A program made the translations under genes and the position numbers. The notes under the pieces were generated by a model. The model did not search any database. It had not been told where the DNA came from and worked only from the letters and a program-made list of their open reading frames with translations. Below, one piece after another: positions 18,421 to 27,729 of a stretch of DNA of 64,000 nucleotides. Every line of letters starts with the position of its first letter. Within the stretch, counting starts at the first letter, position 1. The stretch spans positions 1-64,000 of the IMG/VR virus record IMGVR_UViG_3300012665_000990; one strand, given 5' to 3'. The stretch is from a virus (Duplodnaviria > Caudoviricetes).

Positions 18421-19063
18421 CGAGTTTGATGATAACTTAGAAAAGTACCAATTCATAATGGAGTTTGGTGATAATCTTGACGAGTTGTCAACTGAGTTTC
18501 GCATAGACGAAAATAAGGTTATAGGATGTCAAAGTGACCTTTGGATATCAAATTTTTCTCAAGATAAACTAGAAGCTAAGGCACACAGTGAAGCACTTAT
18601 TGTTCGAGGGCTAGTTGGCATTGTGCTTAAAATTTACAATGGAAGAACTGCTGATGAAATACTATATTCTAATCCAAAATTATTAAATGGGCTTGGAATA
18701 GATGGAATTTTAACTCCAGGAAGACAAAACGGTGTTGGTAACTTAATTAAAAAGATATACAAAATTATGGAGAAAATTAAGATAATCAATGCTATTAAGC
18801 AAGTATATGACCCTGAAATAGATGTTAATATATACGATTTAGGGCTAATTTATTCTGTTGAAGTTACTGGTAGCAAGGTGTCTATTGTTATGACGTTGAC
18901 TAGTGCGTTCTGTCCAGAAGCTGAAGCAATACCAAAAATGGTAAAAGATGCTGTTTTGACTGTTGATACAATAGATGAAGTTGAGGTAACAGTCACTATG
19001 GAGCCGCCATGGAATCCTGACAAAATTAGTGACGAAGCCAAACTTGAATTAGGAATATACTAA
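18368..19063 (+). CDS. sufE: SufE-SufT(DUF59/MIP18) fusion
   Basis: N-half KYQFIMEFG..VIGCQSDLW..IVRGL; C-half VYDPEIDVNIYDLGLIY..TLTSAFCP..PPW. Confidence 0.85.
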   Translation: MEYLTIEQEITKLSQTLNEFDDNLEKYQFIMEFGDNLDELSTEFRIDENKVIGCQSDLWISNFSQDKLEAKAHSEALIVRGLVGIVLKIYNGRTADEILYSNPKLLNGLGIDGILTPGRQNGVGNLIKKIYKIMEKIKIINAIKQVYDPEIDVNIYDLGLIYSVEVTGSKVSIVMTLTSAFCPEAEAIPKMVKDAVLTVDTIDEVEVTVTMEPPWNPDKISDEAKLELGIY

Positions 19064-19089
19064 GATATTCAATCGTGGTAAATAACAGT

Positions 19090-19419
19090 ATGAGTACTGT
19101 TATATTAACCCCAGAAGCTGCCGAATTTATTAAGGCAAGCTGTGATAAAAATAATTCCCAAGGTATGCGTTTATCCGTCAAGTCCAGCGGATGCAACGGA
19201 TTTAAATACTCTTGGGACCTTGCTACAGATAAAGAATCTGAAGACGAGATACTAGATGCAAATGGTGTGTTCTTAGCTATAGATAGCACAACCGCCAATA
19301 TGCTACAAAATTCAACGATAGAGCTAGAAAAAGATTTGTTTAGCTCTACTTTAAAAATAAACAATCCGCAAGTGGGTTATACTTGTGGTTGTGGACAATC
19401 ATTTTCAATAGGGTCATAA
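19090..19419 (+). CDS. sufA: A-type Fe-S carrier (SufA/IscA)
   Basis: SGCNGFKY and CGCGQSF motifs. Confidence 0.93.
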   Translation: MSTVILTPEAAEFIKASCDKNNSQGMRLSVKSSGCNGFKYSWDLATDKESEDEILDANGVFLAIDSTTANMLQNSTIELEKDLFSSTLKINNPQVGYTCGCGQSFSIGS

Positions 19420-19420
19420 A

Positions 19421-22400
19421 ATGTCAAGACAAGACGTTAATATTGGTTTAACTGGTAACGATGGAACTGGTGATAGCATCCGTGATGCGTTTAGTAAGGT
19501 TAATGAAAACTTTCAAGAGTTATACGCTAGCCAAGGTTTAGAGGGCGGGCTGTCTTTTGATAGTTTATCTAATGTTACTAAACCATTAGTTCCTAATAGA
19601 TTCTTAAGTATAGATAGCTTAGGTAAAAATGTAGTAGGTAGAGAAATTTTTGCAGGTGCAGGTATTGCTATTACTGTACAAGATGATAAAGTTGTTATCA
19701 GTACAGGTTCAGTTGATATTGTTCGTGACCCTAATCCAACACTATCAAATCATTTAGACGCCGCAACAAATAGAATTCAACGATTAGGCGATCCATTATC
19801 TGATCAAGATGCTGTTACTAGAAAGTGGATTTATCAAAACTTTTTAAATAGAGATTCTCAAGAAATTCTTGGTGCCACTGCCACAACGACTGGCAGTGTA
19901 ATGCGTCAAAACTTTAGAATTACACCTACTCCAGATAATGGTAATACTAATTTAGGCTTAACACAATTTATTAATTTAAAGGCCGCTGATGGTATTACTA
20001 ACAAAACTTCAGTATTATTAAATCAACAAGGTACACTAAGTTCACATGCTGTACGTAAAGACTATGCTGATAGTAAGATAAGTTTACACGGCACTGATGC
20101 AATTGATCCAGCAACTGGACTACGTGATCAAGGCTTTGGTACAATGACTGGACCATTAATTTTAAATGATCACCCAGGTGATTATGCAACATTAACTAAA
20201 AAGCCATCTGGTGAATTATTTGTACGTGAAGATTACAGAGCCGCCACCAAAGGATATGTTGACAGTAAAAGTTATGATAGTACTACCAACTTGTATGTTA
20301 CCACAAATGGTAACGATGATCTATGGGATTTTGAAAATAACAGACCAAACCCAATATATGGTTATACTGTAAAAGAAATTGGCCGTAAATGGAGTACTGC
20401 ATTTAAAACCGTTCGTGCGGCTTGTGCTTACGCCAAGTTGTACATGGATCAAATTACTTTAAGTGATACAGGATTTTCTGTTGCTCCTGGTAATATTACA
20501 AGGTATAATCCAACGTTTGCTCCTGCTGGTCCAAGAACTCGTGTACGTGTCAGTTTGCAAAATCACGGATTTAGAGATGGCGACTATGTTTTTGTAACCG
20601 GAGCAATTGTTGTTGGCAATAATGATACTAGAGCATTAAACGGAACACACCGTGTTAATCAAGTTGACGTTAATACTTTTGAATTAGATTTAAAATCTAC
20701 AATTTTGTGGGCCACACCTGTAACTGCTAATAATAGTACTGACCCAATCATTATCAAATTAGCCAATGCCAAAGATGGTCCTTATAGTTTAAGTAGTAGC
20801 GTTGCCCTTGGTCAAAGAGGATATGCTGTACCCAAGTACGAAATTACTATTATGATTGAGACTGGTGTATATGAAGAATATATGCCTATTATTGTTCCTC
20901 CAAACGTTGCATTACGTGGAGATGAATTTAGACGTACCATTATTAAACCAGCGCCTGGACCAGTAGTTAAAGACACAGCTGATGCACTTGCTAGAAAAAT
21001 TCCTGGTACACCTACTGAAGATATTAAATTTGTTCGTGGTGATCAGAGTTTTGCATCACCATACTGGTATAACACTCACTATTATAAACACCTAGCATTG
21101 GCTAACGGACAGCAAAGTATTGGTAGTACAACATTAACTATCTTTAACAGTGCATATCCTCCTAAATCAGGAACACGATTTATTGTTAATAATATTCAAT
21201 ATCGTGTTGGTGACGAAAGCACCATTAGCTATATTGATCCAATAACAAATATTGGAACAGCACAAGGCACATACACTATGGCCATCGTTGACGAAAACGG
21301 TGACCCAAAGCCTTTACAAAATACTATTTTACAAGATACCACAATTACATTCTATTTAGATAATGAACATTGTGATATGTTATTAGTTGACGATGCTTTT
21401 CAATTACGTAATTTAAGTTTCTATGGACATAAAGGTTTTATAATGGCCTTTAATCCAGCTGGCCAAATTTTAACACGTTCACCATATGCACAAGTTTGCG
21501 GTTCTTTCTCAAACAAAGGTGGAGGTGGTCAATTAATTGACGGTATGGCTGGTAACCAAGTTTGCCAAGTTGATGACACTACCTATACTGACCCAAATAC
21601 AGGTAACTCTGGTTCAAGAGGTACTAGAATGTATGTTAAAGGTCTAATTAGACCAGTACAATTACCAAATACATTCTATTTTAATAAAAAACGCTACGTT
21701 ATTAAAGAAGCTACCATTCCAGATGCTCAAGGTAAAGCTATGCTAACATTGGAGGATACTACTCCAATTGAAGAAGACGACACATATTTGACTGCTGGTT
21801 TCTTACCAAATGGTACGCAGATTATGATACAAACTGCTGGTAACCGTTCAATGTTGTCAAATGACTTTACCATGATCAATAACTTGGGTTATGGTATCTA
21901 TGCAGATAACAATGGTGTTACAGAAGCGGTATCGCAGTTCACATACTATTGTAAAATTAGCTATCTTGCTAGAGCTGGTGGTCAAGTTCGTTCAGTAACA
22001 GGTTCAAGTTGCTATGGACAATATGGTTTACAATCTGAAGGTAGTGATCCAAACGAAGCAACTCAAATTGTAAGATTCAACACCGACGTTGTCAATCTAA
22101 TGACTCCACAGATTGACGATCCTGAAGTAGATGGTTTGGTAGGAGCCATTAGTTTTGTTGCTGGAGGATTTAATAGTGCTCCAACAAGAAATTCAACATT
22201 CTTATTGAATAAAGCTCGAGTAGTTATTAGTCAAATTAATCGTGCTCGTTTGGGCGGTGGTACATTAACTACAGGCCCATTAACTGTTATAACAGCTCAT
22301 CCGCATCCATTCAAAACTGGTGAGGAAATTCAACTTAGTAATATTAAACCAGATCGAGGTTTACAATTAAATCCAATACCGCCAAGTGTAATTCCAAGAA

Positions 22401-25400
22401 ATACTAATTTAGATGGAACAACACACACTGTTACAGTGGTTGACCAAAGAACATTTACACTAGATAACACAGAAAGTACAAACTATTATAGTGATTTGAT
22501 AGCTTATACTGCCACCGAGTCACAACCATATGCTATACAAAATCTTGTTCCTGGTGCATTAGAACTTGTTTATTCAGTTAAGGGTGATCCAAGTCCAGTT
22601 AACTTTACAGCATCAGCACGTTTTGACGGAGTAGTTGGTGAAAATTCAACATCAACATCAACATTAAAATTATTTTCCGCAACAAGACCTGCTCAGGTTG
22701 GAATGAAATTTAGACTTGATGCCACTAACCCTGCGGTTAATGACAGCAGTCAAGTTTATAAAGTATTAACTGTATCTAAGAAAGTTGTAACATTTAAAGC
22801 AGTTCCGCCAACAGCAAGTGATAACAAAATTGGCGCAACAATACTTTACGTTAGAAACGTTACGTTTGCTGGAACAGCAGTGAACAGTCAAGGTAGTGCA
22901 TTTGCACCCAAGGCTGGTTGGAGTTTCCAACTTAGAGATTCCAATATTGCCAACAGTGATTTTACAAGATATACTGTTACTGGAACTCCTACATATGACA
23001 GTGGCTCTGCAACATGGGCACTTATGCTGGATCAAGCATTGACAGTCAACATGGTTGACCAGGTTGCTACTGGAAGAGTCACAACTGTTGACGGTATCTG
23101 GGACGTGACCTTAGATAGAAATCTTGGAACTACCATTACAAATAGTGCAACACCAGTACAGTTTGTATTCTATGATGCTTACTGGACAATAGGTATTGAC
23201 CCTTCATTAAGCGTAGCGATTCCTCAAGAACAACAATTAATGTTGTTCCAACAGCGTTCTGTTAGAGTACACCAAGTACTTAACAACCCAACTATTATTA
23301 ATAGTTCTGCATTAAAATTTGGTGCTACAAACTTTGATTCAACTGTTTATAGAATTATTGCTAAGACAGCAGAAGGTGGTTTAAGTAAGGACGTTTATAA
23401 ACTAGCGGCCACTGCACAACCATTACTTGGAAATAACTTAAATGCTGTTTCAATTTTAAATCAAAACAAGTCATTTATTCAATCTGAAGTAATTGCATAT
23501 CTGGCTACAATATATCCAGATTTTGTATACACACAATCTACATGTTATCGTGACGTTGGGTTAATTATCGATGCTGTTGCATATGACATGACCTATGGTG
23601 GTAATATTAGAAGTATTGCCGCAGGTAAATCTTATTACCAAGCAAATAATGCCAGTGTTGTAATTGTTATTGCAGAACAAAAACCTGAAACAGTTGATGC
23701 AATTAACTATGCAACAACAGTGGCCAAACTTGCACTGGCAAAGACCTCATTAAGTTACTCGGGAATTAATCCCAATGCCGCATTACAATTAACTAACAAC
23801 AAAGCATTTATCATAGCTGAAGTTATTGCTTGGTTATCATTTACATATCCGTCATTTGTTTATGACAGAGCAATATATCGTAGAGACATTGAAGTGGTCA
23901 TTGATGCAATGATTTATGATTTAAAATATAATGGCAATGTTAAAACATTACAGGCAGCACAGGCATATTACGATGAAAATGGCGCACTTATATTATCAAC
24001 TCAAAAGCCACAAATTCGTGCTTCTGTAGTAAGAGCAAAAAATGTAGCCAAAGATATCATTGCTAAAAACACAGTATCTAAAACTACTACAGGATCTGAT
24101 CCTAATATATTAACGCAAACATTAACTGGCAGTGCTGGTGAAGTAGGAACCACTGACACTGTTGAAACATTAATGGGCGTGATTGACAGTATTTTAAATA
24201 GTGGCTTAGGCGTTTCTCCAGCTAGAAATTTAGGCGATCCACGTTTATATCAAAATCCAGCAAATCCAGGTTATGTGGCACAAACTATTCCAGGTGATAT
24301 TACTTCTGAAGTAGGGACTCCTGCTCTATTAGAAAATAGAATGAATATTATTACCAATATTGTGCAAAATGGCCTAACCGCAGTGCCACAGGCGCAAGCA
24401 ACTGGTGAGACAATTCAAACATTGGTATTCCCACCAGATGCTAATATGTTGATTTACGGAGGTGTATTAACTGGACCAAACATTCCACCTAATACAATTA
24501 TTCGTGCTAGTCAGCAGGATAGTGTAACTGGAAATTACATTGCCAAAATTAGCAACACAATTTCTGGAACAATTTCAGCAGATACAGAATTAACAATTAC
24601 TGGACCTGGTTTTGACTTCATATTTGACTTGAACACTGACTTTGATGTTAGACATTTGAATGGTGATAGAGCGTATGTAACAACAACATTCTCAACTGTA
24701 CGTGCTACGGGACATGACTTCTTAGAAGTTGGTACTGGTGGATTTGATGATTCCAACTATCCACACAATGTATACGGGCAATCAGTGAATAGTCCTAGTG
24801 AAGGACGCATTGTACGTGAAATTGGTACGGGTCGTGTTTTCCACGTAAGTACTGATCAAAACGGTAACTTCCGTGTTGGTAGTTATTTTAACGTTAACCA
24901 GGGTGACGGTACAGTTAGTATTACTGCTAAAATTGGTTTAACTGCTGTTAGTGCTATTAGCTTTGCTAGTGGTGGTGCTTTAGTTACACAGTTTGGCACG
25001 GACCCAAAGATGGGCGACAATGCTGACTATATTGTACCAACACAAAAAGCAATTGTTAGCTATATTACTGCACAAATTAGAGGTCGATTTGAAGACGGAG
25101 TAGCAACAACTAAAGGTGGTTTATTGACCTTAGATGGCGAAAGCTCAATGGCTGGTCCAATCAAAGTAAACTACAATGAAGTAGAAGGTGTAATTAACAG
25201 TACTGATACAACAGGTTTTGGTGCAGTTAACAGAAAATATGTTGACAACGTGTTTGCAGGCGGTACTATTGACTATGATGGTCAATACGCAATTGCTTTG
25301 ACAGGTGTTAGAACTAATGTATTAGGCTTCACAATGAGGCAGGATAGAACTAGTTTAGGTGGAGTGTTACAAAACTTTGGTCTAATTAATCTTAACGGAA

Positions 25401-27661
25401 ATAAAATTACCAACGTTAGAACACCAACAGCAACATTAGATGCGGCAAATAAGATTTATGTAGATCAAACTATCGCTAATGGTGGGGTAAGAACTAACTG
25501 GGACGGATTTGCATTACGTACCGCAGGAACTTATGGACAAGTTAGTAGTTCATTTACTGTACTAAATTCTGGAACAGGTTACACCACTGCTCCAGTAGTA
25601 ACATTTGTAAGCTCAAGTGGTACAGGAGCGCAAGCTAGTGCCACAGTAGTTGGCAATAGTGTAGTTGGTATTACACTTGACTTCCCAGGATCTGGATACA
25701 CTTCAGCACCAACAATTATTATTGGCGGGGCTATTGCCACAGTGAACGTTATTAGTCAAGGTTCTGGATATGGTAGCGCACCGTTGATTGACTTCCCTGA
25801 GCCACAAACAAGTGGTGGTGTAAAAGCAACTGCTGTTACCAACATCAACGCTAGTGGTCAAATCACAAGTGTAACTGTACTCAATGGTGGTAGTGGATAT
25901 ACAATTGCTCCTATCCCATTCTTAGTCGTTAATACTGGAGGTGCTGTATTTTCATCCACACTAAGTCCAGGAACAGGTGCAACTGCATCATGTACGTTAG
26001 TTACAACATTATCAAATATTAATTTAAGTGGTAACAAGGTAACTGGCAGTGCTGATCCAACCCAAGCAACTGATTTAGTTACATGGCAATATTTTGATAA
26101 TAACCACTGGATTAAAGATAATAAAGATATCACTATAACAGGCACACCAGGTGATGGCGACTTGTTAATGTTTACTGGATATGTTCCATCAAATGTGGAT
26201 ACTGACAAACGCAGAAGTATGGTCAACGTTCGTCTAACACCAAATAGTGATATCACTTTTGCTAGAACTGATAATCAATTATTGGCCAAAGTTAAAGACA
26301 ATATTCTAACCAATGCACAAATTAATGCTAGTGCTGGAATTGATCAAAGTAAGTTAAACTTAAAAACTGCTACTGTATTTCCACCTATTAATAATCCAGG
26401 GCAAGCTGTCCCATTATCAAGTGATTTGGGTATTAGTACATATGACACTGATCAATTTGTTGTTGATAGTGGCTTGGTAAAATTAAGACAGGCAACAAGT
26501 AATACTACAGGTGTTACTCTTAACAGAATTTCTCATGTAACTAATTTTAAAATATTAGGTAGAAATGATACAAGTTCTGGTGCACCTGTATACGGCCCAG
26601 TTGTTGAGTTAAGCACAGCAGATTTGCGTTCATTATTGAATTTCCAAGAAGCTGTACAAAATTTAATTAGTGATGATAGTTTAGATACTCCATTAGTCAA
26701 CAGAGCAAACCAAGCACCAAGTTACGGTGCTGTACTAAAAACTGGTAGTTCAATGCGTGGGCCATTGACACTTGATGTTGCTAACCAAGATATTAATCAA
26801 GGGCTGAACCCAATGATTAGGGTTGCAACTGATAATGTGTATGAAGTAGGTACTGCTGCCAAGAGATTTAAAAATATCTACTCAGCAATGTTTACTGGTA
26901 CATTAACAGGTAATGTAACTGGTAAAGCAGATACTGCTGGCACAGCTGATAGAGTTGCCAATAATTTAAGTGCTGGTTCTTGGATTAGCATGGTACAAGG
27001 TTCAACTGCCAGTCCTTACAACGGATCAGCAGGCATAACAATTTCTGTATCTGGCGTTAGTACAAGTAGTACTGGTAATTCGATAGCACAACGTGATGCA
27101 AGTGGTTTTATAACTGCCGCAAAATTTATTGGTCCATTAAATGGAACTGCTGATAATGCAACTACTTTGGCCACATATTCACCGGCTATCAATTCTGCTG
27201 GTACGGGTACTGCCAACAGTATTGCACAACGAGATGGTAACGGTTATTTAAATGCCGCAAGATTCCAAGGTACTGCTACAAGTGCATTTTACGCAGACTT
27301 GGCTGAACGTTATCAAGCTGATACACAATACGAACCAGGAACTGTGTTAGAATTTGGTGGGGAATTTGAAGTTACTGTAGCCGAAGATGAAACACGAAGA
27401 ATTGCAGGTGTTGTTTCTACTAATCCTGCTTTTGAAATGAATACAGTGCTAGAAGGTGAAAATGTAGTAGCAGTAGCATTAATGGGCCGTGTTCCATGTA
27501 AAGTTCGTGGAGTAATTAGAAAAGGGGATATGTTAGTGAGTGGTGGTGGCGGTTATGCTCGTCCTACAACAGATCCAAAACTTGGTACAATCATTGGTAA
27601 AGCCCTAGAAAACTTTGACGGTGGTGAAGGTATTATCGAAGTTGTCGTGGGAAGACTGTAA
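19421..27661 (+). CDS. Giant virion fibre/baseplate-associated protein (2746 aa) with C-terminal autocleaving chaperone-like domain
   Basis: N-terminal gp9/gp10-like NDGTGDSIRDAF.KVNENFQELY; YVTTNGND..AFKTV..GVYEE..RGD beta-helix-type start; GSGYTxAP repeats; C-terminal YADLAERY..VAGVVST.P..VALMGRVPCKV..GKALE. Confidence 0.8.
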   Translation: MSRQDVNIGLTGNDGTGDSIRDAFSKVNENFQELYASQGLEGGLSFDSLSNVTKPLVPNRFLSIDSLGKNVVGREIFAGAGIAITVQDDKVVISTGSVDIVRDPNPTLSNHLDAATNRIQRLGDPLSDQDAVTRKWIYQNFLNRDSQEILGATATTTGSVMRQNFRITPTPDNGNTNLGLTQFINLKAADGITNKTSVLLNQQGTLSSHAVRKDYADSKISLHGTDAIDPATGLRDQGFGTMTGPLILNDHPGDYATLTKKPSGELFVREDYRAATKGYVDSKSYDSTTNLYVTTNGNDDLWDFENNRPNPIYGYTVKEIGRKWSTAFKTVRAACAYAKLYMDQITLSDTGFSVAPGNITRYNPTFAPAGPRTRVRVSLQNHGFRDGDYVFVTGAIVVGNNDTRALNGTHRVNQVDVNTFELDLKSTILWATPVTANNSTDPIIIKLANAKDGPYSLSSSVALGQRGYAVPKYEITIMIETGVYEEYMPIIVPPNVALRGDEFRRTIIKPAPGPVVKDTADALARKIPGTPTEDIKFVRGDQSFASPYWYNTHYYKHLALANGQQSIGSTTLTIFNSAYPPKSGTRFIVNNIQYRVGDESTISYIDPITNIGTAQGTYTMAIVDENGDPKPLQNTILQDTTITFYLDNEHCDMLLVDDAFQLRNLSFYGHKGFIMAFNPAGQILTRSPYAQVCGSFSNKGGGGQLIDGMAGNQVCQVDDTTYTDPNTGNSGSRGTRMYVKGLIRPVQLPNTFYFNKKRYVIKEATIPDAQGKAMLTLEDTTPIEEDDTYLTAGFLPNGTQIMIQTAGNRSMLSNDFTMINNLGYGIYADNNGVTEAVSQFTYYCKISYLARAGGQVRSVTGSSCYGQYGLQSEGSDPNEATQIVRFNTDVVNLMTPQIDDPEVDGLVGAISFVAGGFNSAPTRNSTFLLNKARVVISQINRARLGGGTLTTGPLTVITAHPHPFKTGEEIQLSNIKPDRGLQLNPIPPSVIPRNTNLDGTTHTVTVVDQRTFTLDNTESTNYYSDLIAYTATESQPYAIQNLVPGALELVYSVKGDPSPVNFTASARFDGVVGENSTSTSTLKLFSATRPAQVGMKFRLDATNPAVNDSSQVYKVLTVSKKVVTFKAVPPTASDNKIGATILYVRNVTFAGTAVNSQGSAFAPKAGWSFQLRDSNIANSDFTRYTVTGTPTYDSGSATWALMLDQALTVNMVDQVATGRVTTVDGIWDVTLDRNLGTTITNSATPVQFVFYDAYWTIGIDPSLSVAIPQEQQLMLFQQRSVRVHQVLNNPTIINSSALKFGATNFDSTVYRIIAKTAEGGLSKDVYKLAATAQPLLGNNLNAVSILNQNKSFIQSEVIAYLATIYPDFVYTQSTCYRDVGLIIDAVAYDMTYGGNIRSIAAGKSYYQANNASVVIVIAEQKPETVDAINYATTVAKLALAKTSLSYSGINPNAALQLTNNKAFIIAEVIAWLSFTYPSFVYDRAIYRRDIEVVIDAMIYDLKYNGNVKTLQAAQAYYDENGALILSTQKPQIRASVVRAKNVAKDIIAKNTVSKTTTGSDPNILTQTLTGSAGEVGTTDTVETLMGVIDSILNSGLGVSPARNLGDPRLYQNPANPGYVAQTIPGDITSEVGTPALLENRMNIITNIVQNGLTAVPQAQATGETIQTLVFPPDANMLIYGGVLTGPNIPPNTIIRASQQDSVTGNYIAKISNTISGTISADTELTITGPGFDFIFDLNTDFDVRHLNGDRAYVTTTFSTVRATGHDFLEVGTGGFDDSNYPHNVYGQSVNSPSEGRIVREIGTGRVFHVSTDQNGNFRVGSYFNVNQGDGTVSITAKIGLTAVSAISFASGGALVTQFGTDPKMGDNADYIVPTQKAIVSYITAQIRGRFEDGVATTKGGLLTLDGESSMAGPIKVNYNEVEGVINSTDTTGFGAVNRKYVDNVFAGGTIDYDGQYAIALTGVRTNVLGFTMRQDRTSLGGVLQNFGLINLNGNKITNVRTPTATLDAANKIYVDQTIANGGVRTNWDGFALRTAGTYGQVSSSFTVLNSGTGYTTAPVVTFVSSSGTGAQASATVVGNSVVGITLDFPGSGYTSAPTIIIGGAIATVNVISQGSGYGSAPLIDFPEPQTSGGVKATAVTNINASGQITSVTVLNGGSGYTIAPIPFLVVNTGGAVFSSTLSPGTGATASCTLVTTLSNINLSGNKVTGSADPTQATDLVTWQYFDNNHWIKDNKDITITGTPGDGDLLMFTGYVPSNVDTDKRRSMVNVRLTPNSDITFARTDNQLLAKVKDNILTNAQINASAGIDQSKLNLKTATVFPPINNPGQAVPLSSDLGISTYDTDQFVVDSGLVKLRQATSNTTGVTLNRISHVTNFKILGRNDTSSGAPVYGPVVELSTADLRSLLNFQEAVQNLISDDSLDTPLVNRANQAPSYGAVLKTGSSMRGPLTLDVANQDINQGLNPMIRVATDNVYEVGTAAKRFKNIYSAMFTGTLTGNVTGKADTAGTADRVANNLSAGSWISMVQGSTASPYNGSAGITISVSGVSTSSTGNSIAQRDASGFITAAKFIGPLNGTADNATTLATYSPAINSAGTGTANSIAQRDGNGYLNAARFQGTATSAFYADLAERYQADTQYEPGTVLEFGGEFEVTVAEDETRRIAGVVSTNPAFEMNTVLEGENVVAVALMGRVPCKVRGVIRKGDMLVSGGGGYARPTTDPKLGTIIGKALENFDGGEGIIEVVVGRL

Positions 27662-27729
27662 TATATACAGTTTTTCCCAAAATCACTATAAGCGTTCTGG
27701 AAATAAATATATGAACGGGGCAGAATTTT

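Noticed and set aside
14259-19419. Interpretation of the window as bacterial chromosome because of suf, clp, dnaJ and def
   Set aside because: These genes are interleaved and coupled with T4-like replication, baseplate and lysis genes, share the low GC and phage-type promoters, and no ribosomal or other core cellular operons are present.
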